Shown in pieces: positions 20,842 through 28,845 of a stretch of 64,000 bases of DNA. The DNA comes from an uncultured Gammaproteobacteria bacterium (GTDB taxonomy: Bacteria > Pseudomonadota > Gammaproteobacteria > Steroidobacterales > Rariloculaceae), in contig CAVUTF010000033.1 in NCBI GenBank assembly GCA_963744305.1, positions 63,991-127,990 of the forward strand. Reading direction: 5' to 3'. The translations under genes were made by a program, and so were the position numbers. A model generated the notes under the pieces. It had not been told where the DNA came from. It made no database searches and saw only the letters and a list, made by a program, of their open reading frames with translations. Position 1 is the first letter of the stretch. The number at the start of each line of letters is the position of its first letter.

Positions 20842-21852
20842 CTAGTTTGTCACGCGTGCCGCGCTCGCATCCGCGGGCGCTGAGCTCAAGCTTCGGTAGA
20901 CGGCGTCGACGAATTGCTCGGTGGTCCAAAAACCGTTGTCGGCGCCGTAGCGTCCATCGTAGTCGCGCGTGGGCTTCGCGGCCTGCACCTGCCGCAGGCT
21001 CATGCCCATCTCGATCATCGCGGCGACGCGGTCGCGAATGATCGTGACCATATCACGATACTCGACGACGTCGGCTTCGTCCGCCAATCGCCCGTGGCCC
21101 GGGATCACCATTGTCCCGCCTTCTTGTTTCTCCGCAGGCACGGTGAGCGCAATGATCGCGTTGAGCGCCGCGACGACGCCGTCGATGCCGCCGCCGTCCT
21201 CGGCGCGAATCACGGGGTACAACGTCGTCGAGAACACGTCGCCCGCGCTGATCACGTCGGAACGCCGGAAGAACACGATGCTGTCGCCATCGGTGTGCGC
21301 CGCGGGCAGATGTTGGATCTGCACGGCTTCACCGTTGAAGAATAGATCTTTCTGCGGCACGAAGAACGTGTCGGTCGGCCACGCTTCGAACGGCGGCGGC
21401 GCCTTCTGCCCCGACATCCTCACGAGCACGTTCTCGTGCGCGATGACTGTCGCGCCGATTCCGGCGTCAGCGATTGCGCCGGAGACGTTGCCGCCCGCGA
21501 TCGTGCTGCCGGCGCGCGCGATCTGCTCGTTGCCGCCCACGTGGTCGGAGTGCCAGTGCGTGTTGATCACGTAGCGGATAGGCGCGGAGGAGATCTGCGC
21601 GATCGCGCCCAGCAACGCCTCCGACGCCGTGGCGAGCTTCGTGTCGACGACGAGCACGCCATCCTCGCCGACTTGCACAGTCGTGTTGCCGCCGGCACCG
21701 ACGAGCATGTAGATGTTGTCGCGCACCGGCCAGACTGCGGGCGCGGGCGACGCGAGACGGGCGTCCTGCTGTGCACGAGCCGCCGTGAGGGCGAGCGCCG
21801 AGGCGAGCGCTGCGACGATCACCGCGCGGGCGAACGTCACGACGCGCGGCAT
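20842..21852 (-). CDS. MBL-fold metallo-hydrolase, secreted
   Basis: The signal peptide MPRVVTFARAVIVAALASALALTAARAQ is followed by the metal motif INTHWHSDHVGGN. Later blocks are AAHTDGDSIVFF and VIPGHG. The start is taken at the internal ATG of the 630-aa ORF. Confidence 0.8.
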   Translation of the reverse strand: MPRVVTFARAVIVAALASALALTAARAQQDARLASPAPAVWPVRDNIYMLVGAGGNTTVQVGEDGVLVVDTKLATASEALLGAIAQISSAPIRYVINTHWHSDHVGGNEQIARAGSTIAGGNVSGAIADAGIGATVIAHENVLVRMSGQKAPPPFEAWPTDTFFVPQKDLFFNGEAVQIQHLPAAHTDGDSIVFFRRSDVISAGDVFSTTLYPVIRAEDGGGIDGVVAALNAIIALTVPAEKQEGGTMVIPGHGRLADEADVVEYRDMVTIIRDRVAAMIEMGMSLRQVQAAKPTRDYDGRYGADNGFWTTEQFVDAVYRSLSSAPADASAARVTN

Positions 21853-22604
21853 GGTTGCGGGTTCCAGCGCGCTTCGTCGGGCTCGCGCCTGAAGTGTGAG
21901 CTCGTGACGAAGCGCGTGTTCAAGTATTTCGGATCCTCGACGATCGCCGTGACCATGAGCCACTCGTCGCCGTTGGGCGCGCGGAAGCGATCGAAATACT
22001 CCGTGAGCACGGCGTCCTCGCTGTACGGAACACCGTTGCGGCGCAGCCAGCCCGGCAGGAGATTCGTCGTGATCACCTTGAGATACCCGCCAGGCCGCTG
22101 CTGCCCGCCGCCCGCGCCGGCGAGCCCGGGCCCGCCGGGCGGAGGCAACGGCCGCACCCATTCTGCGGCTGAGTGCCCCTGCAGCGATCGCGCACCGGGA
22201 GCGCCACTGCCGTCGAAGGTAAACCGCCGAGTCTGTCGCCCCGCGTCCGTCTCGATCACGAGCGCGTCGTCCCCATCCCAAGCGATTCGCAAGCGGGTCG
22301 GCATACGCATGAGCGCTGCCGCCCCGTACGCCTCGCACCCGCCATCCTGCGAAGGCTCCCACAGATCCGCGATGCGACGGCCTTCGTCGTTCAGCGGCAC
22401 GCTCGCGTAGTCGCCGTGCGGCGGCGTCACCATGCGCCAGCGCCAATCCTCGTTGACGATCGCGACCCACTGGCCGGTAAAGTCGAGCGCCGCGGACTCG
22501 CGGGGCGTTTGCGGCGGCGCGGAAGATGCGGGCGGCTGTGCATGCACACCGATGGCGCCGGGAAGCAGAACGGCGGCAGCGGCAAGCGCGCGAGGCCAGC
22601 TCAT
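21837..22604 (-). CDS. family A'' secreted protein (uncharacterised)
   Basis: Signal peptide MSWPRALAAAAVLLPGAIGVHAQ. Blocks are IAWDGDDALVIETD and LPGWLRRNGVPYSEDAVLTEYFDRF...IVEDPKYLN. It parallels 22601-23443, and its start overlaps the upstream stop (ATGA). Confidence 0.6.
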   Translation of the reverse strand: MSWPRALAAAAVLLPGAIGVHAQPPASSAPPQTPRESAALDFTGQWVAIVNEDWRWRMVTPPHGDYASVPLNDEGRRIADLWEPSQDGGCEAYGAAALMRMPTRLRIAWDGDDALVIETDAGRQTRRFTFDGSGAPGARSLQGHSAAEWVRPLPPPGGPGLAGAGGGQQRPGGYLKVITTNLLPGWLRRNGVPYSEDAVLTEYFDRFRAPNGDEWLMVTAIVEDPKYLNTRFVTSSHFRREPDEARWNPQPCRAS

Positions 22605-23443
22605 CGCAAGCGCTCCGCGTATTCCGGCAGTGCGGTCTGCGCGCCACCGCGCGCCGCCTCGACCGGCAACCGGTGCTCGGCGGCGAAGTCGTCGATGAAC
22701 GGGTTTTGCCCCGGTAAGTAGTGCGGCACATCACCGGGCGCGCGCAGCACCTCGACGACGGACTCGCACGGATACGGCGTCATCGTTCCGTTCGGCGAGA
22801 ACAGGAACTCGTTCGTTTTCACGAGCGGCTCGGTTAGGTAGACAGGATCCTCTACGATCATCACATGCGTGAGCACGTCTCCGTAGCGGTGGAACCGATC
22901 CGTCATCGTCGCGCGATCGCTGAGCGGCAAGCCGTTGCGGCGCATCCAACCCGCCTTGAGATGAGTCGTCTTCACGACGAGCACGTCGCCTTCCCAGCTG
23001 CCCGTCGAGAATCCCTGCCAGGTGTGCGGCGCATACTCCGGCGGATGCTGCCGGCCGTCCATCCAAATCTCCCGATGCTGCTCCTGCCACGCGATGTGCG
23101 TGTGGATCGTGAGGAGCTGCTGCGTGTCCTCGTCGCGGTCTTCCCAGATACGCAGCACGCCGACGCCTCTGAATCCGTAGGTGGACGGGTGTGGTTTGCA
23201 TTGATGCTCGGGCATCGACAGGAGCGACGCATCCCAGCTCTCGGCGCGCAGGCGCGCAGCGTCGTTGATCGGCAAACCGAGATAGTCGCCGATCGCGGGC
23301 CCCGGAATGCGCTCGTCAACGTCCTCGTGGAATAACGGGTTCCAGTAGCCGACGAGATTGAGCTGCGCCGATACCGGGAGCGCATGGACGCATGCGAGCG
23401 CAGCACTCAGCCACGCAAAGCGTGCGCGATTCCAACCTGGCAT
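22601..23443 (-). CDS. family A'' secreted protein (uncharacterised)
   Basis: A signal peptide (...ACVHALPVSAQ) is followed by HQCKPHPSTYGFRG, SWEGDVLVVKTTHLKAGWMRRNGLPLSDRATMTDRFHRY and IVEDPVYLTEP. RBS GGGGGAG lies upstream of the ATG at 23443. Confidence 0.6.
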   Translation of the reverse strand: MPGWNRARFAWLSAALACVHALPVSAQLNLVGYWNPLFHEDVDERIPGPAIGDYLGLPINDAARLRAESWDASLLSMPEHQCKPHPSTYGFRGVGVLRIWEDRDEDTQQLLTIHTHIAWQEQHREIWMDGRQHPPEYAPHTWQGFSTGSWEGDVLVVKTTHLKAGWMRRNGLPLSDRATMTDRFHRYGDVLTHVMIVEDPVYLTEPLVKTNEFLFSPNGTMTPYPCESVVEVLRAPGDVPHYLPGQNPFIDDFAAEHRLPVEAARGGAQTALPEYAERLR

Positions 23444-23504
23444 GCGATTTGGCTCCCCCTTACACGCCGCAGCGCGTAGTGTTGTCACGCTTCGCCGCAC
23501 TTCA

Positions 23505-23533
23505 CTAATACTTTCTTTGCAACGCATATGCAA
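23505..23533 (-). promoter_or_regulatory. candidate sigma70 promoter overlapping a TTGCA-N7-TGCAA dyad
   Basis: On the minus strand: TTGCAT (23533-23528), a 17-nt spacer, then TATTAG (23510-23505), about 60 nt upstream of the 23443 start. The dyad TTGCAACGCATATGCAA spans 23517-23533. Confidence 0.3.
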
Positions 23534-23561
23534 TCCGGGCATCGCTGTCGAGAATGCGCTG

Positions 23562-24092
23562 CTACCAAAACTCGGGCGGCTCGACTTCCTCGATGCGACT
23601 CATGAAATCGATCTGCGCATAACGACCCGCAAAGTACAAGAGCGGTCGCCGATCTGCGGCCTCCAAGTGCGTGATGCGGCCGATGAACAGCGTGTGATCG
23701 CCGCACTCGGGAGTGGCGATGACCTCGGCCGTTAGGCCCGCCACGGCGCCGTCGAGCAGCGGCGTCCCGGCGCGGTAGACGAACTCGGCTCGAGCCACTT
23801 CGCGCCCACGGCCTGCGAACTGCGTCGACAGGTGCTGCTGCCACTGACTGAGGAATGACACCCCGTAGCGCCGCGTTTCCTGCAACCGCGCATGCATCCG
23901 TGCGCGCACGTTGATCGACACGACGCACAGCATCGGCTCGAGCGAACCGGCCATGAACGCGTTCGCAGTCATGCCGTACACCTCGTTGCCGATGCTAGTG
24001 GTAATCACGGTGACGCCCGTGGGGAAACGGCTCATGACCTGCCGGAATAGGTCCGAAGATGCGTGCGGAACGGCTGTCGTCTGCGTGTTCAT
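23562..24092 (-). CDS. flavin reductase (HpaC/NtaB-like, FMN-binding split barrel)
   Basis: FRQVMSRFPTGVTVITT...GMTANAFMAGSLEPMLCVVSI...GDHTLFIGRI is the flavin reductase-like domain used by two-component HpaB-type monooxygenases. Confidence 0.82.
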   Translation of the reverse strand: MNTQTTAVPHASSDLFRQVMSRFPTGVTVITTSIGNEVYGMTANAFMAGSLEPMLCVVSINVRARMHARLQETRRYGVSFLSQWQQHLSTQFAGRGREVARAEFVYRAGTPLLDGAVAGLTAEVIATPECGDHTLFIGRITHLEAADRRPLLYFAGRYAQIDFMSRIEEVEPPEFW

Positions 24093-24214
24093 CGAGTTGC
24101 TCTTGACGATCGTGGTGTGGCTGTTGTGTCACAAACGTAAGGGCGCCGCCAATACTTTTTCCTATCAGGCTATGCGCGCGGCGCATGACGACGCATTGAC
24201 GGAAGCCCTCGAGA

Positions 24215-25228
24215 TCAGTCTTTGCCGACTCTCCGGAAAAGGCGCTTGACCTCGGAGATCACGTAATCGCGCGCCGGCGACGGATAGTCCATTTGCCGCT
24301 GCGTCAGGTGGATCGGAAAGACAATCTCGTCGTCGAGCGGGAGCGCAAACATCTCGCCTGCTGCTACTTCGCGCTCGACGACGACGAGCGGCAAGATCGT
24401 AACGAGGTCGGACTCGAGGATCAGTTTCCGTATCACCGGCGACAGCGGCTGCACTTCGAACAGCGGCTCCGGGGGCGCAACGCCGTGACGCAAGAAGTAG
24501 TTGTCGTAGGTGATGCGCGGCACCGTGCCGGTAGCGGGCAGTATCCACCGGGCCGCGACGAGATCGCTGACGCTGACATCCGCGCGGCGCGTAAGCGGAT
24601 GGTCGGCGCGAATGACTACGACGGCGGAGAACTGCGTCAGCAGTTGCGTGCTGATGCCGACGACCCGCCCCTCGATCGGCGGCGGTCCGATGAAGAACGC
24701 TAGCTTGCCGGACATCAACCTCGGCGCGAACGATTCGAAGTCGCCGACGCTGATCGTCAGGCGCATGCCTGGCCGGTCGCGCAGCACTTGCTCGATCAGA
24801 GGTGCCGCGATGAGCGTCTCCGTGAGCCAGCTCATCCCGAAATAGATGCGCTCGGTGTGGCTGCGGTCCCGGGAATCGCGCAATTCCTGCTCGGCTAGCA
24901 CCAGGTTCGCGTCGATGATGCGAGCATACTTCAACAACCGAGCGCCGACGGCCGTCAGCTCGGCGCCGCGCGGACCGCGCTCAACGAGCTTGACGCCGAG
25001 CTCCTCTTCGACGGCACGGATGCTGCGCGACAACGCTGGCTGGGTCATCGCGAGAGAATTCGCCGCCGAGCGAATGCTACCCTTATCGGCCACCTCGATG
25101 AGCTGCCGCAAATGCTTCACGTCGAGATGCCGCAGCAGGTTGCGCGCGTCGTCCAAAGTAGCTCCGAAGTCCCTACGGCGAGGAAGTATACTCAGCTGAG
25201 ACGACCGGAAAGAGTCATGAGTCGCCAA
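24215..25228 (-). CDS. LysR family transcriptional regulator (true start probably TTG at 25156)
   Basis: The HTH reads LDVKHLRQLIEVADKGSIRSAANSLAMTQPALSRSIRAVEEELGVKLVERGPRG, followed by a LysR substrate-binding domain. The annotated ATG would overlap the divergent gene, whereas TTG at 25156 gives a normal N-terminus. Confidence 0.85.
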   Translation of the reverse strand: MATHDSFRSSQLSILPRRRDFGATLDDARNLLRHLDVKHLRQLIEVADKGSIRSAANSLAMTQPALSRSIRAVEEELGVKLVERGPRGAELTAVGARLLKYARIIDANLVLAEQELRDSRDRSHTERIYFGMSWLTETLIAAPLIEQVLRDRPGMRLTISVGDFESFAPRLMSGKLAFFIGPPPIEGRVVGISTQLLTQFSAVVVIRADHPLTRRADVSVSDLVAARWILPATGTVPRITYDNYFLRHGVAPPEPLFEVQPLSPVIRKLILESDLVTILPLVVVEREVAAGEMFALPLDDEIVFPIHLTQRQMDYPSPARDYVISEVKRLFRRVGKD

Positions 25229-25744
25229 GGCATCGGCAACGGGGAGTTCACGACCGTCTTCGGCTCGCTCGACCGCTATTCACCGGGCGAGATCGAGGTC
25301 ATCGATGATGACCCGAAAAACTACGCGCGCTCGAACGTGTTCGCCGTCGCCGCGGCTTCCGCGCCATACGAGAAGGTCGTTGTCGGCAAGAGCCTCCAAT
25401 ACGTAATCGAAACGCTGCGCGCGGAAGGCAGCTCGGATTGGTTCGCGGCGCCCCACGACGAGTTCGCGCTGATCATGGACGGCGTCGTGGAAATCGACCT
25501 CGTCAAGCTCGACGCGCCGGAGCGGATCCTCGAGCGGGGCAGCGAGGGTTCGGTCAGGGTCCCAGGCGAGCCATCGGGTACACGCATGGGGCTCCTCGTG
25601 CTCCGGCGCGGACATCAAGCACTGCTTCCGCAGGGCGCCGCGTACCGCTTTCGCGCTCGCCCCGGCGTCGTCGGCGTCATCGTCCTGCAGACTTTGCTCG
25701 GAAAACACTCGGTGCAAAAGTGGTCCAAGATCTGCGCCACCTGA
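25217..25744 (+). CDS. hydroquinone 1,2-dioxygenase small subunit-like protein (PnpC/HqdA/HapC-like)
   Basis: A 175-aa cupin-like protein sits immediately upstream of, and overlaps, the large subunit-like gene. The size and pairing fit the two-subunit hydroquinone dioxygenases. The assignment rests mainly on its partner. Confidence 0.5.
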   Translation: MSRQGIGNGEFTTVFGSLDRYSPGEIEVIDDDPKNYARSNVFAVAAASAPYEKVVVGKSLQYVIETLRAEGSSDWFAAPHDEFALIMDGVVEIDLVKLDAPERILERGSEGSVRVPGEPSGTRMGLLVLRRGHQALLPQGAAYRFRARPGVVGVIVLQTLLGKHSVQKWSKICAT

Positions 25745-26736
25745 CTGCAACGGAAACCTCCGGGGCACGCAACGCGGCCGGTTATCTCACGTTCACGCTC
25801 GGCGGGTTCCTATTCTCTCGTGACGAGTATTTCGTGAACATCGAATGGCCGGCTGGCGGTCGGCGGATTTCCCATACGCTTTCCGCCGATGTGTTCCTGC
25901 GCGCGCTGATGCGCGACGTCGCGTGGGATTTTTTCTACGGTGCCGTCAATTTCGACGACGTGTTCGGCACTCAGAACCATTACGGCGAAGTCGAGCTGTA
26001 CGCGGGCCGGTATGTGCCTGCGTACAAGGAGCGAGGGGACGACTACGCCGAGCGTTTCGACAGCGCCGCCGCGATGCGGGTTTGCCGGGCGATTCTTCAC
26101 GACTGGACCAATTTCGGTTACGACCCGTTCGCTGCACCCAGGGAAACTGGCCTTGCGTGGAGCGGCAGAAAGGCCGGCCACAACACGGCCGCGGTCGGAC
26201 GCACGCACGATCCATGCAAACGGATGCCGGGGCTGCCGGGCGACATACCGCTGCGTTCCGATCACAACGGTTACCCGGTGAACCGGGCTTTCCTCGATGT
26301 TCCTCAAGAGGAGCCGGAGGTGCACGCGGAGCCCGGCTTCGAACGCGAGGTGCATGCGTTCAACTTGTTTGCCTATCTGTCGAGGTCCGACGTCACCTGG
26401 AATCCGTCTGCTGTCTCGGTGTGCGGTGACAGTCAGTTCTGCGCGACTACCGAGGAGCATGGGATGCCGGTAAAGCACGCAAACGATCGCGTCGAGTGGT
26501 TCTTGCAGCTCAGCGATCAGCTCGAGTGGCGCATCGAGGACCGCGAAACGGGATCGCCCCGCGCGAAGATCGTGATGCGCCCCGGCGACGTCGCGGCAAT
26601 GCCGGCCGATATTCGCCACCAGGGATTCGCACGCAAACGAGCGATGCTGATCGTTTGGGAGAACGCCGATCCGAAGCTGCCGTCGCTGTTTGCGAGCGGC
26701 GCGCTCCCGCCGTCGCCTGCAGGCGAGCTTCGTTAG
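25741..26736 (+). CDS. hydroquinone 1,2-dioxygenase large subunit-like protein (PnpD/HqdB/HapD-like); start codon unclear
   Basis: The C-terminal cupin carries H-A-N-D-R-V-E (H-x-N-x3-E) and a further His exactly 41 residues after the Glu (ADIRH). This reproduces the His/Asn/Glu/His ligand spacing I recall for PnpD. No ATG/GTG/TTG exists between the upstream stop and conserved sequence, so CTG at 25741 is provisional. Confidence 0.6.
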   Translation: MTATETSGARNAAGYLTFTLGGFLFSRDEYFVNIEWPAGGRRISHTLSADVFLRALMRDVAWDFFYGAVNFDDVFGTQNHYGEVELYAGRYVPAYKERGDDYAERFDSAAAMRVCRAILHDWTNFGYDPFAAPRETGLAWSGRKAGHNTAAVGRTHDPCKRMPGLPGDIPLRSDHNGYPVNRAFLDVPQEEPEVHAEPGFEREVHAFNLFAYLSRSDVTWNPSAVSVCGDSQFCATTEEHGMPVKHANDRVEWFLQLSDQLEWRIEDRETGSPRAKIVMRPGDVAAMPADIRHQGFARKRAMLIVWENADPKLPSLFASGALPPSPAGELR

Positions 26737-27629
26737 ACGCCTTTCAAGACTTGCGCGATCGCCGTCGTCGTTTGCGCGGGTGCCATGATGTGAGCGCCGG
26801 CGACGCCCGGAATCTCGCGTAGTCCCGCGATCAGCTCGGCGCAGATTCTGCGGCCCTCAGTCGCGGCGTCGCTCGCCCCGTCCAAGCGTGCGATCACCGC
26901 GTCGGGCACATGCACGCCGAATAGATTCTCGTTCATCCAGCGCGCCGATTTGCCCGAGCGGATCGGGCCCACGCCGATGATCACTCCGAGCTTCTCCGTA
27001 ATGCCCTCATTGCGCAGGCGCTCCATGTACGCCCGCGCAATTCCCAAGTCGAAACAGAACTGAGTTTGGATGAAGCCGGCGCCGGCGTCGGCTTTGCTCA
27101 GCAGGGGTCCGGGCTTCCAGCTCGCATCCGGCACGCGCGGGACGTCTGCGCCGCCGATGAAGAACTTCGGTGCCGGCTCTATCTTGCGCGCCGACGGCAA
27201 CGTGCCGTTGCGCGTCATGTCGCGCGCGAGAATCATGAGCTCCGGCGTGCCGAGATCGAAGACGGGCTTTGCATCGGGTTGATCGCCGCCCTTCGGGTCG
27301 TCGCCTTTCAAGATCAGCAGGTTCTGCACCCCGTGCGCTGCCGCGCCGAGCAGGTCGCCCGCGAGCGCGATCCGATTCCGGTCGCGGCAAGTTACCTGCA
27401 AGATCGGCTCGAAACCCTTCGCGGCGAGCAGCGCGGCCGCCGCGAAGCTGCTCATCGTCGTTCTGCCAGACGCCGCGTCCGTCACGTTGATCGCATCGAC
27501 GCCGTCGCGCAGCTCGGCGGCCTCCGCGAGCAGCTTCTCGCTGCTCGCAGACAGCGGCGGAACGATCTCCGCGGTGATCACGAAACGGCGGCTGCGGATT
27601 TTGTTTTCGAGATTCGACATGCGGCGCAC
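26733..27629 (-). CDS. methylenetetrahydrofolate reductase family protein (MetF-like)
   Basis: FVITAEIVPP...DAINVTDAASGRTTMSS...LQVTCRDRNRIALAGDLLGAAAHGVQNLLILKGDDP...IQTQFCFD fits the MTHFR TIM-barrel pattern. Confidence 0.82.
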   Translation of the reverse strand: MRRMSNLENKIRSRRFVITAEIVPPLSASSEKLLAEAAELRDGVDAINVTDAASGRTTMSSFAAAALLAAKGFEPILQVTCRDRNRIALAGDLLGAAAHGVQNLLILKGDDPKGGDQPDAKPVFDLGTPELMILARDMTRNGTLPSARKIEPAPKFFIGGADVPRVPDASWKPGPLLSKADAGAGFIQTQFCFDLGIARAYMERLRNEGITEKLGVIIGVGPIRSGKSARWMNENLFGVHVPDAVIARLDGASDAATEGRRICAELIAGLREIPGVAGAHIMAPAQTTTAIAQVLKGV

Positions 27630-27660
27630 TTCCGGTCGCGGGCTTCCTTGCGACTATGCA

Positions 27661-28839
27661 TCAAAGCCGCACGCCGGCATAGTTCTCGACGAATGCCGCT
27701 TGCGCTCCCGTCGAAGTCGCAAGATGGTCGAGCTCCGCGAGCTGCATTCTACGGTCGAACGAAGTTTGCTTGGGAAACTTGTGCAGCACTCCCGTGAGCC
27801 ATGCCGAGAACCGCTCTGCGCGCCACACGTTTCGCAAGCGCTGCGGGGAATAGTTCTTCAGCGGACCCTCGTCGCCGTTCCGATAGAACGCCGTCAAAGC
27901 TTCGGCCAAGCAGTAAACATCGCGAATGGCGAGATTCAGACCTTTCGCGCCGGTCGGCGGAACGATGTGGGCGGCGTCGCCCGCAAGAAATAGGCGCTCG
28001 TAATGCATCGGCTCGGCGACGAAGCTGCGCAACGGCGCAACTAATTTTTCGATGGAGGGGGCGATTTGCACCCGCCTCGCGAGATCCTCGGGAAGCCGGG
28101 CGCGCAGCTCATCCCAGAAACGCGCGTCGCCCCACTCGGCGAGGTCCTCGTCCGGCGCGCATTGCACATAGCACCGGGTGCGCGTCTTCGATCGCATGCT
28201 GCAGAGCGCGAAGCCGCGCTCGTCGCTCGAGTAAACGAGCTCGTCGGACACCGGCGGCGTGTCGGCCAGTACGCCGAGCCAGCCGAACGGATAGACCCGT
28301 TCGTGATTCTTGAGCACGCTCGTGGGAATTGCTTGGCGACTCACCCCGTGGAAGCCGTCGCAACCCGCGATGAAGTCGCACTCGATGCGGCACGGCCGTT
28401 CAGCGTGCTGCAGAGTGAGCTCGGCCGTGCGGCCACTGAGCCGTTCAATCGTCACGTCCTCGGCTCCGTAGAGCAATTCGCCGCCGAGCGCATCGCGCGC
28501 ATCCGCGAGATCCCGAGTCAGCTCCGTCTGACCGTAAACCGTCATGCTCGCGCCGTGCGGACGAAAATCGATCTTGTAGCGCTCACCCGCCGCGCAGATT
28601 TCGACACACTCGTGCACGAGCCCGTCGCGGTCCATGCGTGTGCCGACTCCCGCGCGCCTTAGGACCTCCGCGGTGGCCTGCTCGAGCACGCCCGCCCGAA
28701 CTCGTTCGAGCACGTACGAGCGGCTTCGCCGCTCCACAACTACGCTGGCGATGCCCTGCAGGTGCAGCAAATGCGACAGCAGCAGGCCGGATGGGCCCGC
28801 CCCGATGATGCCGACTTGAGTCTTCGTGGCGACGGCCAT
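27661..28839 (-). CDS. pobA: 4-hydroxybenzoate 3-monooxygenase
   Basis: Collinear with Pseudomonas PHBH from memory: TQVGIIGAGPSGLLL, RAGVLEQ, TVYGQTELTRDL, IAGCDGFHGVSR, RVYPFGWLG(V/L)LADTPPVS, APLRSFVAEPM and LFLAGDAAHIVPPTGAKGLNLA. Confidence 0.95.
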   Translation of the reverse strand: MAVATKTQVGIIGAGPSGLLLSHLLHLQGIASVVVERRSRSYVLERVRAGVLEQATAEVLRRAGVGTRMDRDGLVHECVEICAAGERYKIDFRPHGASMTVYGQTELTRDLADARDALGGELLYGAEDVTIERLSGRTAELTLQHAERPCRIECDFIAGCDGFHGVSRQAIPTSVLKNHERVYPFGWLGVLADTPPVSDELVYSSDERGFALCSMRSKTRTRCYVQCAPDEDLAEWGDARFWDELRARLPEDLARRVQIAPSIEKLVAPLRSFVAEPMHYERLFLAGDAAHIVPPTGAKGLNLAIRDVYCLAEALTAFYRNGDEGPLKNYSPQRLRNVWRAERFSAWLTGVLHKFPKQTSFDRRMQLAELDHLATSTGAQAAFVENYAGVRL

Positions 28840-28845
28840 CGGTTG

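Noticed and set aside
20842-22734. 630-aa ORF that looks like one large gene
   Set aside because: Only the C-terminal 336 aa (from the ATG at 21852) form a coherent MBL hydrolase with its own signal peptide. The Arg/Ala-rich N-terminal part is an out-of-frame shadow over the genuine gene 21837-22604.
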